From an uncultured virus (IMG/VR IMGVR_UViG_3300034190_003093) (lineage: Duplodnaviria; Heunggongvirae; Uroviricota; Caudoviricetes): a stretch of DNA of 64,000 bases. A model generated the notes under the pieces. It was not told the DNA's origin. It did no database searches and worked only from the letters and a program-made list of their open reading frames with translations. The position numbers and the translations under genes were made by a program. Shown here piece by piece: positions 1-9,903 of the stretch. How positions within the stretch are numbered: position 1 is the stretch's first letter; each line of letters starts with the position of its first letter. The DNA lies in the IMG/VR virus record IMGVR_UViG_3300034190_003093, positions 1 to 64,000 of that record. The stretch is one strand, 5' to 3'.

Positions 1-327
1 AAAGCTTATAAACCCGATGTTCCGTTTTGTATTGGCAGTTACAGCACATTAATTGGATGGTATGTAGAAGAACTCGGGCATAGTGTGGTTTACTTAGACC
101 CACTTGCTGATGATCAAACCAACGTAGTTGAAAGTATTGATGAAGCAAGTGTAGTGCTTATGGCACACAATAGATTCATTACATACGGCTATACCGGTGA
201 TGTTCGCGACGACAGTTTCTATTGCCCGCTTCCTAGTGGAAGCACAGTGGTTGATCCATGGAGACGCTTGCCTAAAACAATGAAAGATATAGAAGTAGTA
301 CATTATGGAAACACAAGACAAGCCTAG
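1..327 (+). CDS. UDP-glucose/GDP-mannose dehydrogenase family protein, C-terminal part (5' truncated by window)
   Basis: Frame open from base 1: KAYKPDVPFCIGS...YLDP...VVDPWR matches the C-terminal UDP-binding domain pattern (AYKPD...S...DP). Confidence 0.7.
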   Translation, partial: KAYKPDVPFCIGSYSTLIGWYVEELGHSVVYLDPLADDQTNVVESIDEASVVLMAHNRFITYGYTGDVRDDSFYCPLPSGSTVVDPWRRLPKTMKDIEVVHYGNTRQA

Positions 328-832
328 TAAAAAGTGGTGGCAGGGCAGCACAGCACCAGTCTGGCAAAATGCATTTGAAGACTTGCCTTATAGCAACGAG
401 CCTTTCAATGATCCTGTAAGCTTGGCTGAGTGGAGAGAGTTAGGTTATACACAAACCAAGTTTACAGGCGACATGTATGACATGCGTAATCCTGCACCCA
501 AATGGATGGATAAAATTCAAACTGTATTACCATGGAAACACTTTTCTTGGAGTGTATACCGCATGGGACCTGGTTGCTGTCTCCCTACACACAGTGACAC
601 TTATGCACGTTTTATCAAGTATCACAATATCAATGATGCTGATACTATACATAGAGCAATCTTCTTTATGAAAGACTGGGAAAGTGGACACGTGTTTGAA
701 ATAGATGGTGAACCACAAACAAAATGGCACGCTGGTGATTATTTTATATGGCAAAATGACACTGAACACCTAGCTGCTAACGTTGGTAAAACGCACAGAT
801 ACAGTTTGCAAATAACTGGAGTTATAGAATGA
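305..832 (+). CDS. 2OG-Fe(II) oxygenase-like/cupin protein
   Basis: HSD...H metal triad, DWESGH, AANVG..RYSLQITG; paralogous to 17161..17832. Confidence 0.7.
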   Translation: METQDKPSKKWWQGSTAPVWQNAFEDLPYSNEPFNDPVSLAEWRELGYTQTKFTGDMYDMRNPAPKWMDKIQTVLPWKHFSWSVYRMGPGCCLPTHSDTYARFIKYHNINDADTIHRAIFFMKDWESGHVFEIDGEPQTKWHAGDYFIWQNDTEHLAANVGKTHRYSLQITGVIE

Positions 833-1749
833 AAATTCACAGTTACAATGAGTGGGATCAATTAAGAGAGATCTATGTTGGTGTGGCTACACATGCTAAC
901 TGGCCCAGTGATGATCCAGTGTTTGCCAACGAAAGTGAAAAAACACTATGGAAAGAAACGCCAGTTCCTGGTGGAGCAGTACCAGGCTGGATCATTGATG
1001 AAGCAAACGAAGATTTGGATGCTCTTACTAAATTACTTGAAGGCGAGAGTGTAAAGGTTAATCGCCCAACTGATCTTGATTTTCAAGAAATAGGGGGTAT
1101 GTATAATTATTGCCCACGTGATAGATTTCTAATTGCTGGAGACAAGATACTCGATCCAGCAATGATGTACCCTTGTAGAGATCTTGAGGAACAATGTTAC
1201 CTCCCGATGCTAAGTGATAACACTGTTGTTCACATGCCAAGGAACGAAGGCATGACATTAGATGCTGCAAACATATGCAGGCTAGGTGATACCTGGATTT
1301 ACCTTGAAAGCGAGTCAGGTAATAGATCTGCATACGATTGGTTGTGTGATCGCTTTCCGCACATCAACATTGAAAAAGTTAATTTCTACGCTGGTGTACA
1401 CATCGACAGTACTATTGTTCCGCTGCGTGAAGGACTCGTGGTTTGCAATCAGCCTCGCATAAAGTCAAAGGATAATTTGCCACCAAGTATCAGAAATTGG
1501 GACATTATTTGGGTCAACGACATGGTTCCACAAAGCTTTCATGAATATCCATATGCTAGCAAGTGGATTGGTCTTAACATGTTGGCCGTTAATAGCGATA
1601 CCGTAATAATGGATGCTGCCCAGACTGAACTTATAAATACATTAGAGAAACACAAGTTCACAGTTATACCACATACCCTACGACACAGTAGAACACTAGG
1701 CGGCGGACATCATTGTGTGACACTAGACACTTGGAGAGAAAATGATTGA
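829..1749 (+). CDS. Amidinotransferase (glycine/inosamine-phosphate amidinotransferase family)
   Basis: SYNEWDQL, NYCPRD, DAAN, HIDST and GGGHHCVT with catalytic Cys. Confidence 0.88.
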   Translation: MKIHSYNEWDQLREIYVGVATHANWPSDDPVFANESEKTLWKETPVPGGAVPGWIIDEANEDLDALTKLLEGESVKVNRPTDLDFQEIGGMYNYCPRDRFLIAGDKILDPAMMYPCRDLEEQCYLPMLSDNTVVHMPRNEGMTLDAANICRLGDTWIYLESESGNRSAYDWLCDRFPHINIEKVNFYAGVHIDSTIVPLREGLVVCNQPRIKSKDNLPPSIRNWDIIWVNDMVPQSFHEYPYASKWIGLNMLAVNSDTVIMDAAQTELINTLEKHKFTVIPHTLRHSRTLGGGHHCVTLDTWREND

Positions 1750-2764
1750 CCAAAATGCAATCAACAGTTTAATTGAAGTTCAACTCAAGCAGTCTGTTGA
1801 CCAAGCAGTTGAACAATTAGTTGAGGACACTATTGAAAACTTGTTGTTCGATGAACAATGGTTAGCAAAAATCCAAACACACATTGCTCGTGAAATGAGT
1901 GATCGAATTACCAAAACAATTCGACAAGAAAACATCAAAGATGTATTGCGTGAAGTAGTTATTGAAAATGCAGGTATACTTACTAAAGACATTAACGGAG
2001 AGCTCACAGTCGAAGATGGTTTAGTTGTTGTAAGAAAACATCTAAGTGCAGACAGCATTGACGTAGGCGAACTAGATATTGCCCAAGATGCATACATGCA
2101 CGGGTCACTTACAATTGATGGCGATTTAGCAATCAAGGGTCGCATCAACGTAAACAACAGAAGTTTTGTAGAACTTGCCGAAACTATTGAAAAAAATGCG
2201 CTAGACAAACTTAAACATGATTTTGTTGAAACTATGAGTGACACACTTTTTGAACGCATGCAAAATGGCATTGATTTACAACAACTAAGCGTCGGCGGCG
2301 AGTTGCTAGTTGATAACGGCACTCTTAGTTCGCACGTTAAACGTACCAACATTACCGAAGTTGGCAAACTTGATGATTTGCAAGTAAACACTTATCTTAG
2401 TGTAAAGAACCATAGAGTGGGTATTAACACTCCAAATCCCGCTAGTGCACTAAGCATATGGGACAACGAAGTAAACATCGAAGTAGGCAAGCACAGTGCA
2501 AATACTGGGCAGATTGGTACAGCAAAACCACATAACCTAAGCCTGGTAACCAACAATCAACAGCAATTAACAATCAACAAAGATGGACTAACTTGGGTCA
2601 AACAATTACAAATTGGTCGCAATAAAATTTCTACATCGCCGGAAACTCCTGGGTACGAAGGTGCAAAAGGTGATCTAGTGTTTAATGCTAACTATAAACA
2701 AGGCGCACCGTTCGCCTGGTTATGTTTGGGTGCATTTAGATGGACGGAGTTGAAATCAGCATAA
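1742..2764 (+). CDS. Hypothetical protein, possibly virion-associated
   Basis: Coupled 340-aa ORF; helical N-terminus, beta-rich VGINTPNP segment like tail proteins. Confidence 0.5.
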   Translation: MIDQNAINSLIEVQLKQSVDQAVEQLVEDTIENLLFDEQWLAKIQTHIAREMSDRITKTIRQENIKDVLREVVIENAGILTKDINGELTVEDGLVVVRKHLSADSIDVGELDIAQDAYMHGSLTIDGDLAIKGRINVNNRSFVELAETIEKNALDKLKHDFVETMSDTLFERMQNGIDLQQLSVGGELLVDNGTLSSHVKRTNITEVGKLDDLQVNTYLSVKNHRVGINTPNPASALSIWDNEVNIEVGKHSANTGQIGTAKPHNLSLVTNNQQQLTINKDGLTWVKQLQIGRNKISTSPETPGYEGAKGDLVFNANYKQGAPFAWLCLGAFRWTELKSA

Positions 2765-3327
2765 TGCAAGTTAGTTGGGTAATATCAGCAGAATACAAAG
2801 ATGACAAAGCAAAACCAGAGCAGCTAAAAGCCATTGGCAACACCTGGGGAAGCTGGAAAACCTGGCGGTTATACAATACTGCTAATGTATTGTGCGCCAA
2901 TGACGAAAAGGCACGTGAGCTAATTAAACGTGCCTTCCATGGCGTATGTAACTTTTACATACCACAACAGAGTTATGCAGCATTAGAAAGACCTCCTGGT
3001 GTAAATGTGTTTGATGGGAAATTTCCAACAGAGTTCGACAACCAAGAAGATATTGTTGCTATGCATCTTGTTAGCAAAAGCGACTTGGTGCTATTGCTAG
3101 GATTTGACTTGCAAGAAATAACAGACACTGATCCAACTGCTAGACATCTTAAAAAGAATTACCAGGCGGCCGCCAGCGGAGTAATTAAAAACAACGCAGA
3201 CACTACCTGGGTTGTGATTGATCATCTAGAAGATCTGGCTAAATCTTTTGCAAATATGGAAAATATCTCTTGCGATACTTACGAGAATGTGTTACAATTA
3301 TTAGGTAACTTAGACATAGATACCTAG
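2764..3327 (+). CDS. Hypothetical protein
   Basis: TAATG overlap with upstream stop. Confidence 0.6.
   Translation: MQVSWVISAEYKDDKAKPEQLKAIGNTWGSWKTWRLYNTANVLCANDEKARELIKRAFHGVCNFYIPQQSYAALERPPGVNVFDGKFPTEFDNQEDIVAMHLVSKSDLVLLLGFDLQEITDTDPTARHLKKNYQAAASGVIKNNADTTWVVIDHLEDLAKSFANMENISCDTYENVLQLLGNLDIDT
3270..3298 (+). promoter_or_regulatory. sigma70-type promoter of uvsE
   Basis: TTGCGA-N17-TACAAT with TG extension; GGAGG RBS downstream. Confidence 0.5.
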
Positions 3328-3335
3328 GAGGTTCC

Positions 3336-4376
3336 ATGGTTGCTCGTATAGGCTTTGCTTGCAAGTATTTGCACGAAGATCAAACACAAAAGAAAAAGAT
3401 CCTTGAAGAATTGCAACGCCCGTTAACGGAGCGCAGCACAACAGTTACTTGGTTAGGCAGACAAACACGTGAAGTAGCAGAAGAGCGTTTGTGGGATATA
3501 ATGATTCACAATGCTGCCGCAGCAAAACGATTGGTTGAGTATGTTGGTAGCCTCCCTGCAGAGTTACGCATGGTACGAATTGGTAGTAACCAGCTTCCTT
3601 GTGCTACTCACCCAGAATGGCGCTACTTCTGGCAACGTCCAGATGTGATTGCATACGGTGAAAAACACTATGGCATGGTAGGTGACACAGCACGAGCACT
3701 TGATGTTAGACTATCCATGCACCCAGGACAATTTGTTGTGCTTGCAAGTGATAATCCTGAAATTGTAGAACGGAGCATAGAAGAATTTGAATATCACGCC
3801 ACTCTCATACGGTGGATGGGTTACGGCAAGAAGTTCCAAGACTTCAAGTGCAACGTACACATCTCAGGCCGACAAGGTCCAGCCGGTATCAAAGACGCAA
3901 TTAAACGCTTCACGCCGGAAGCCAGAAACACTATTACAATCGAAAACGACGAAAACAGATGGGGAATCGACGACAGTCTTGAGCTTGCAAACGATCTCGC
4001 TTTGGTGCTAGATGTACATCACCATTGGGTACGTGAAGGTTCGTACATTGAAGCCAACGATGACCGTATTAAACGCATTGTAGACAGCTGGCGTGGCGAG
4101 CGACCAGCCATGCATTACAGCCAAAGCCAAGAACAAATCTTACTGCCACTTGATACCCACACACGCCCTGATCGTGCAGCACTGATGGAAAGTGGTATTG
4201 CCCGAGGTAAGCTACGAGCACATAGTGATTACCTTCCTAATGATGCATTGAATGATTATGTATTGTCACACTGGCACTGGGCAGACATTATGGTAGAAGC
4301 AAAGTGCAAAAATCTAGCAAGCGCAATGTTGTTACAACATTATTACAGCAACAACGAAGAAAAACTAGTTGCTTAA
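3336..4376 (+). CDS. uvsE: UV damage endonuclease
   Basis: RIGFAC, RLSMHPGQF, IENDE, LDVHHH, HYSQS, RAHSD, MVEAK motifs. Confidence 0.93.
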   Translation: MVARIGFACKYLHEDQTQKKKILEELQRPLTERSTTVTWLGRQTREVAEERLWDIMIHNAAAAKRLVEYVGSLPAELRMVRIGSNQLPCATHPEWRYFWQRPDVIAYGEKHYGMVGDTARALDVRLSMHPGQFVVLASDNPEIVERSIEEFEYHATLIRWMGYGKKFQDFKCNVHISGRQGPAGIKDAIKRFTPEARNTITIENDENRWGIDDSLELANDLALVLDVHHHWVREGSYIEANDDRIKRIVDSWRGERPAMHYSQSQEQILLPLDTHTRPDRAALMESGIARGKLRAHSDYLPNDALNDYVLSHWHWADIMVEAKCKNLASAMLLQHYYSNNEEKLVA

Positions 4377-4398
4377 AATTTAATCAAAGGAGACTAAC

Positions 4399-4578
4399 AT
4401 GTACAAAGGTACTGGACACATTCACAAAGATAAATTTACTAAAGTAGGAGATTTTATGCACGGGTATGCACGGTCAAAAGGTGGTATCCGTCCTGCAGAA
4501 GAATATCGATCTGCTCGCCGTAATGCTGCTAGACTGAGTTACAGAATTGCAAAGTTAGCAGTTAAAGCTGAATCTTAA
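4399..4578 (+). CDS. Small basic hypothetical protein (59 aa, not in ORF track)
   Basis: AAGGAG RBS, MYKGTGHIHK...KAES stop. Confidence 0.6.
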   Translation: MYKGTGHIHKDKFTKVGDFMHGYARSKGGIRPAEEYRSARRNAARLSYRIAKLAVKAES

Positions 4579-5369
4579 TCATTTTTATTTGGTAACCATT
4601 CAATATGGCGTTGTATGTATTTGACGTACTCATCAATCGAATGATCACTAAAGTTGTCTATTTTACCTTGTTTTAGACCCATGCAAATGCCACGCCATTT
4701 GTCTTTGATTAATTGCCATCCAGTGGGTGTACGCACTCGTCCGTAGGCATTGAGATAATATAGATTACCATGATGCACATATCCCATAATAGCAAGAGGA
4801 ACAGTAGTGACAATGTCATTATTGTTCTTCCAGCGATGATGTACTACACCTAGACTCTTAACATACTTGCGCCAGCCTACTCGCGGGCTACCAAATGTGT
4901 GTAGTTCGGCTGGATCATTTAGTTCTATATTGTGCACACAACGGCTAGCCATGATAGTAGCCATTGCTGCTCCCAAACTATGTCCACAGAACCAAAGAGT
5001 TTTGTCTAAATTTGTTTTGCGCAACAAATCTTCTTGTATCATTGGCCAAAGGTCGTCGACTTCCTTTTTAAATCCTCTGTGCACCCTGCTAACTGTTTCT
5101 GCAAGAACCGGCATTGCTTTTAAGTCTGCTTTGATATCATTAAACTCGCTGGGTTGTGTACCTCGGCATGCAATAACCAGGTCCGTTTTATTCATAAAGC
5201 GATATGCTTGTGCTCCGTCTTTATCGTAAAACTCTACTGTAGTAAACCCCAATTTTCTTGCTTCCTTGGTTGCTGTTTTTACATCAAAGTAAGAAATACG
5301 AGACAACTTAGCCATTAACAAACTACGTTGTTTGCAATGCAATGCATTAATACTCGATGGGGTACTCAA
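4575..5369 (-). CDS. Lipase class 3 family protein
   Basis: CRGT, VHRGF, GHSLGAA nucleophile elbow, TFGSPRVG, NNNDIV, DHS. Confidence 0.9.
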   Translation of the reverse strand: MSTPSSINALHCKQRSLLMAKLSRISYFDVKTATKEARKLGFTTVEFYDKDGAQAYRFMNKTDLVIACRGTQPSEFNDIKADLKAMPVLAETVSRVHRGFKKEVDDLWPMIQEDLLRKTNLDKTLWFCGHSLGAAMATIMASRCVHNIELNDPAELHTFGSPRVGWRKYVKSLGVVHHRWKNNNDIVTTVPLAIMGYVHHGNLYYLNAYGRVRTPTGWQLIKDKWRGICMGLKQGKIDNFSDHSIDEYVKYIQRHIEWLPNKND

Positions 5370-5441
5370 AATAAAACTCCTATATTGTTATTATATTATT
5401 TATCGTATACCTTTCAGTAACATCCATAAGACATAATTCGG

Positions 5442-5469
5442 TTGACAATATTTTGATATATGCTATATT
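5442..5469 (+). promoter_or_regulatory. Early sigma70-type promoter
   Basis: TTGACA-N16-TATATT with TG extension. Confidence 0.65.
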
Positions 5470-5501
5470 AGTGGTGTAGTTAATATAATCAGGAGGTAAT
5501 C

Positions 5502-5750
5502 ATGTCAACCGCTACATTCATGTTGTTGTTTAGTCTTTCTATTACAGCACCCGACGGAGCACAGCTCGACGAAGTCGTTAACGTATACAGTAGGAGCTTC
5601 TCAACTGAAGCAAAATGCAACCGTTTCCTTAAAAACTATGGAGCATTGATTCGAGGAAAAGGTCTGCGCACATTTCAAGGCATGCTCAAAGATGAGTATA
5701 CAGTTGAACTAAACAGCGTGTCATGCAGCCAGATCGATAAAAACGGTTGA
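5502..5750 (+). CDS. Hypothetical exported protein
   Basis: AGGAGG RBS, hydrophobic N-terminus, two Cys. Confidence 0.6.
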   Translation: MSTATFMLLFSLSITAPDGAQLDEVVNVYSRSFSTEAKCNRFLKNYGALIRGKGLRTFQGMLKDEYTVELNSVSCSQIDKNG

Positions 5751-5775
5751 CACTTGAATACAGTTGTGTTATATT
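5747..5775 (+). promoter_or_regulatory. Early sigma70-type promoter
   Basis: TTGACA-N17-TATATT. Confidence 0.65.
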
Positions 5776-5804
5776 GTATTGTAAGTTAAACGAAAGGATA
5801 TCCC

Positions 5805-5972
5805 ATGTGGGCAATTGAAGCAAGAAACTACGGTGAGAACAAAGACTACTTTTACATGTCAGGATTGACAGAAGAAGAGTCACGTGCTCGCCACGCTAAA
5901 CTTAGTAACAGTGGCGAGTGGGCTTTAGTGCGCAGTTGGGATAAGCGTCAAGAATTTGGAGGCAAATCATGA
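5805..5972 (+). CDS. Small hypothetical protein (55 aa, not in ORF track)
   Basis: AAGGA RBS; ATGA overlap with next gene. Confidence 0.6.
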   Translation: MWAIEARNYGENKDYFYMSGLTEEESRARHAKLSNSGEWALVRSWDKRQEFGGKS

Positions 5973-6607
5973 AGCGCACATTAATTACTATGATGTTGGC
6001 AGGTACATTGTTAAGTGCCTGTTCATCAAGTCCATTGGGCATGAGACAAGCTCAAGGCAACGAAACACCTGTTGCAGATCAAGTGATCACAACAGAATAC
6101 AAAGACCAGGGTGTTGTGTTGAACTACACAGTATTCGGCAATTTAAAAAGCATCGAAGTGTATGGAGTCGCAGCGGCTTGGAAATCAAATCCAGCTGTAC
6201 TTGCTGAAGCAGATGCTAAAGAAAAGTTGGTTAAGTTTGTGTTTGGCGAACAAATTGACAGCAATCGAAGTGTAAAGATTCTTGCTAAGAGTATTGAAAA
6301 CTCTCGAGACAATGCACTTAATGGTATCGAAAATAATTTTACCAGCGAACAACTAACAGCCGAAGTACAAGATGATGAAGCACACGGCACTAAAGAAGAC
6401 AACACAAGTCGACGTATTGCTACACGACTAGATGAAACTGTTGCTGATACAATTACTACTATTGTAGCATCTGGACGTTTAGTTGGTGTACGCAAAAAAA
6501 GTGATAAAGTCATCGACGATGGGCGCTTGTATGTTGCCAAGTATGTTTGGAGTGAAGATGACGCTGAAATAGCAGCGGACATTCGTAAAACTATGGCATT
6601 GTACTAG
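5969..6607 (+). CDS. Lipoprotein
   Basis: Signal peptide with LSAC lipobox. Confidence 0.7.
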   Translation: MKRTLITMMLAGTLLSACSSSPLGMRQAQGNETPVADQVITTEYKDQGVVLNYTVFGNLKSIEVYGVAAAWKSNPAVLAEADAKEKLVKFVFGEQIDSNRSVKILAKSIENSRDNALNGIENNFTSEQLTAEVQDDEAHGTKEDNTSRRIATRLDETVADTITTIVASGRLVGVRKKSDKVIDDGRLYVAKYVWSEDDAEIAADIRKTMALY

Positions 6608-7665
6608 TGCAACGTGTGTTAACCACAATGGCATTACTGGGGTGTATTTTTACCACCCCAGTGACTGCTAATAGTGTTTCAATCCTGCTGCAACCAAGCC
6701 CTGCTGCAATTATACTTGTTGCAGGTAGATGGCTAACAACAAAACGTGAAAAAGTATACAAGGTGCGTGTGCAATGCACTGGTGTTGACGAACAAGCTGC
6801 TCGTAACAATTGTTTTGCAAAAGCAATCAATGACGCAGTTGGATCAATTGTTGTCAGTGATAGCGAAACATCTGGCACTGGCAAAGATAGAGATCTTAGC
6901 TATCATGAACTGCTTAATTACAGCTCAGGTTGGATACACGACTATGAGATAACAAGCAAAGAAAATACAACAAACAGCACACAACTGACTATGAATGTTA
7001 GTGTACAAGGTAATGCTGTTGCTGATCGTGCGTTTGGAAAATCTCGCAGCACTGGAGAGCTTGACGGCAATCGAATTTCTACTATGTTTGAAAGTTATCA
7101 AGAAGAAAATGCAGCCGGTGACAAGTTAATCGATCTGATATTAAGAGCATATCCTCAACGAGCATTTGATGTTGCAATAGGCAAAGCAGGCTACAATGTT
7201 GATGCTGATCGAAATATGATATTAAATGTAAATTTTTCTGTTAAGTGGAACAAAGACTATGTTGCTGCTATCGCAGAAGTATTAGAAACCACCGGTAGAA
7301 ATACAACAAATGCAACATACTGGGCACAGTTAAAAACTAGATCCAGCAACAAAAACGGAACTTATCATAGATTTGACAACATACGTGGTCAGCGTCTTGT
7401 GCAAGGGTTAACATCGCCAGGGCCACAATTGTTGCTAACATTTGGAAATCTTACTGCTGGGTGTTACAACATACCCGAATTGAGTGGACTCACCCAAGGT
7501 ACCAATATGCCCGCTACTAAAATGATTCAGCCAACTGGCCAAGGAGTTGTAATCAACAGTTGGCTAGAATTACAATCTAGCATTGCTGTCACAGTTAGTG
7601 CCGATCAACTCAACAATTTAGGAAATCCAAAACTACAGGTTGTGAACCAGAAACAATGCCTCTAA
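6607..7665 (+). CDS. Exported hypothetical protein
   Basis: GTG start overlapping upstream stop; signal-peptide-like N-terminus. Confidence 0.55.
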   Translation: MQRVLTTMALLGCIFTTPVTANSVSILLQPSPAAIILVAGRWLTTKREKVYKVRVQCTGVDEQAARNNCFAKAINDAVGSIVVSDSETSGTGKDRDLSYHELLNYSSGWIHDYEITSKENTTNSTQLTMNVSVQGNAVADRAFGKSRSTGELDGNRISTMFESYQEENAAGDKLIDLILRAYPQRAFDVAIGKAGYNVDADRNMILNVNFSVKWNKDYVAAIAEVLETTGRNTTNATYWAQLKTRSSNKNGTYHRFDNIRGQRLVQGLTSPGPQLLLTFGNLTAGCYNIPELSGLTQGTNMPATKMIQPTGQGVVINSWLELQSSIAVTVSADQLNNLGNPKLQVVNQKQCL

Positions 7666-9200
7666 GTTCTACGTTCACGCCCTAGGGACTTGTTATCCAG
7701 GTCCCCTCCCCGAGGCTGTGCTTTGACATTACTAGTAGTTTGTCCAGGCGCAGCCTTTTTCTTTACTGGCTGTGTATTTGGAATATCTGTGCTAACATCA
7801 GCAATTTCTGTTTCAGCATCACTGGCACCATTTTTGAGAATTTTAAACACAAAGTTTCCCTTGCCTTGTGTACTCATATATGTTTTATCAGCTCTCATAA
7901 GCACACCAGTAACTGTGTTACTTGGATACACACATTGGAAATCATTGACGTTAATAGTGTCGTCGCTATTACTACTCAGTGTGTACATCTGTACCAATGC
8001 ACTATGATTTAATATTGCACTTGCTGCTTCGCCAAAGTCTGTTTCGGTGTTTACAATTTCAGCAATTGGGTATGCAATAGAAGCCAACATGTGTTCGATT
8101 GGAATAATGCGGCTCATGTCGCGAGCATTACGACCATTGTATAGACCTTGTAGTTTATCGCTGGTAATCACACTCATTACATCGTCATCTGGTCCCATAC
8201 CGGCTAATGATTTTACTTGTTGCTTTTCTTCTGGCGAGATAAAGTCTAGTGCAATGGCAAGATTTAGGCATCCATCTGTGTGTCCGCCGTTCTTGATAAT
8301 TTCCATAATACTAACTGCTTCAGCATATTGTTTTAACAATTTCTGTCCAGCAGGTGCAGTGCGCATGTCTTGTACACTTTTCAGCAAGTTAACAATACTA
8401 GCATTTGCCCCGGCAGCGGCTTTACTTGATATCTTAATTTGTTTGCCTTGAGGGTTGACTAACAAGCTATCAAATAATCCATCTGTGGTTCCTGCATTAA
8501 AACTAATTGTGCAATCACTGTATCCAGATCCACCAAAGAAAATCTGTTCTGCTTCGTCTGCATTTCCGCCTACATTTTTGCCCATAATAAGTGCCATTGG
8601 CTGTAGTATTTCACAAAAGTAATTTGTAAATGCTTCGGCATTCATTTCGCCACGTGGAATGTTCATTGGAAAATCTTGTTCCATGAATGCATTAGTAGCA
8701 CGTACTTCGTCTGAGTCTGCGCCAAATTTTGCAACAATTTGTTTTACGATGCTAGCAGGTGTCTGATTCTGTAATTGTGTAAGAATTTCGGTAGGTTTGT
8801 ATCCAGAATTTTCTTTAACAGCCGCTTTACTTTGATATTTAAAACCGCCTGGCAAATCATTTGGAAATCTGTTTAATGTTTTGTTAGCATTAATTTTTTG
8901 AAACCATCTACCTACTAAGTAGTCCTTGCCTGCACCGTCTACAAACCTTGCTATACCAAACGCTTTGTTTGATCCTTGTGCATTTGCCCATTGTATTTCT
9001 TGAGGGTCAATTCCCAACTGTGCGCCCAAATCTAGTAGTGCAGTGTTGGTTGTTTCTTCATCCTCATATGAGTCTTTTCCAGGAAAAAAGTCTAAACTTT
9101 GGAACGTTAATATATCTCCCTGAGGATTTGCAAATTTTTCTCCCGGTTTACGGTTCGCTAGGCCCACCCCTTCGGTGATAATATCTAAATATTCTCGCAT
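7662..9200 (-). CDS. Late hypothetical protein, possible PD-(D/E)xK-like nuclease fold
   Basis: 512 aa; TAAGTA box upstream; EIL...FDSLL...KISSK; N-terminus MREYLDIITE. Confidence 0.45.
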   Translation of the reverse strand: MREYLDIITEGVGLANRKPGEKFANPQGDILTFQSLDFFPGKDSYEDEETTNTALLDLGAQLGIDPQEIQWANAQGSNKAFGIARFVDGAGKDYLVGRWFQKINANKTLNRFPNDLPGGFKYQSKAAVKENSGYKPTEILTQLQNQTPASIVKQIVAKFGADSDEVRATNAFMEQDFPMNIPRGEMNAEAFTNYFCEILQPMALIMGKNVGGNADEAEQIFFGGSGYSDCTISFNAGTTDGLFDSLLVNPQGKQIKISSKAAAGANASIVNLLKSVQDMRTAPAGQKLLKQYAEAVSIMEIIKNGGHTDGCLNLAIALDFISPEEKQQVKSLAGMGPDDDVMSVITSDKLQGLYNGRNARDMSRIIPIEHMLASIAYPIAEIVNTETDFGEAASAILNHSALVQMYTLSSNSDDTINVNDFQCVYPSNTVTGVLMRADKTYMSTQGKGNFVFKILKNGASDAETEIADVSTDIPNTQPVKKKAAPGQTTSNVKAQPRGGDLDNKSLGRERRT

Positions 9201-9340
9201 AAAATGTCCAATTCTGTTAGCTTTGTATTACTTATCAAATACTCGTTATAATGTACATATTTTCGGACCTAAATAGCTTGCTAATCAAAAAAAAGTTATA
9301 CAAGTATGGTTAGTTAGTATAAACAGAAAGGAGATAAACA

Positions 9341-9574
9341 TTGGATATCTTAAATAAAGTAAAAGGCTGGGCAAATGGCTTAACTGAAGCAGCGGTGAGC
9401 TTGCTTGCACTAGGCATTGTACTTGAAGTACTAGTAGGCGGCGCAAATGTACCGTTCTGGCCAGATATCAACGTTATCGGAAACGTTCAAAGTATCATAG
9501 CAGGATTTTCTGCGCAAGGACTAGTTGGTCTAGTTGCTGTGTGGGTACTTTACTCAATCTATACTAAGCGATAA
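9341..9574 (+). CDS. Small two-helix membrane protein
   Basis: AAGGAG RBS, TTG start, two hydrophobic segments. Confidence 0.65.
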   Translation: MDILNKVKGWANGLTEAAVSLLALGIVLEVLVGGANVPFWPDINVIGNVQSIIAGFSAQGLVGLVAVWVLYSIYTKR

Positions 9575-9585
9575 TACTATAAGAA

Positions 9586-9621
9586 AGTGACGGAGCTTTT
9601 GTTCAGATCAGCTCCGTCACT
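9586..9621. terminator. Hairpin between convergent genes, probable terminator
   Basis: 12-bp inverted repeat agtgacggagct/agctccgtcact. Confidence 0.7.
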
Positions 9622-9829
9622 ACCACAATCCTAATGCTCGGCCATTACCTGCTATAATAGCACAACAAGTAACAACATGTAACACAATCCAAAAGGTTCT
9701 AAATGCTAATGCACGCCTTACATCAGTTTGTGTAATAGGCAAAAACTCTGGTTTATCATCATCGGTTATGCCTATTGGCATTCCGACTGTTCTTGCCCAC
9801 ATTTTTAAAAAACGCCGTTGCCCGCTCAT
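9620..9829 (-). CDS. Small membrane protein
   Basis: 69 aa, C-terminal hydrophobic helix, coupled to upstream micro-ORF. Confidence 0.55.
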   Translation of the reverse strand: MSGQRRFLKMWARTVGMPIGITDDDKPEFLPITQTDVRRALAFRTFWIVLHVVTCCAIIAGNGRALGLW

Positions 9830-9903
9830 TTACTTTCACGGCCTTTAAACGGCCAGCCGTTAAATTCATCGTCGGGCTTGGTGTCTTTTTGTGTTTTGCT
9901 CAT
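9826..9903 (-). CDS. 25-aa micro-ORF (MSKTQKDTKPDDEFNGWPFKGRESK)
   Basis: ATGA overlaps at both ends, exactly bridging glyA and the next gene. Confidence 0.5.
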   Translation of the reverse strand: MSKTQKDTKPDDEFNGWPFKGRESK

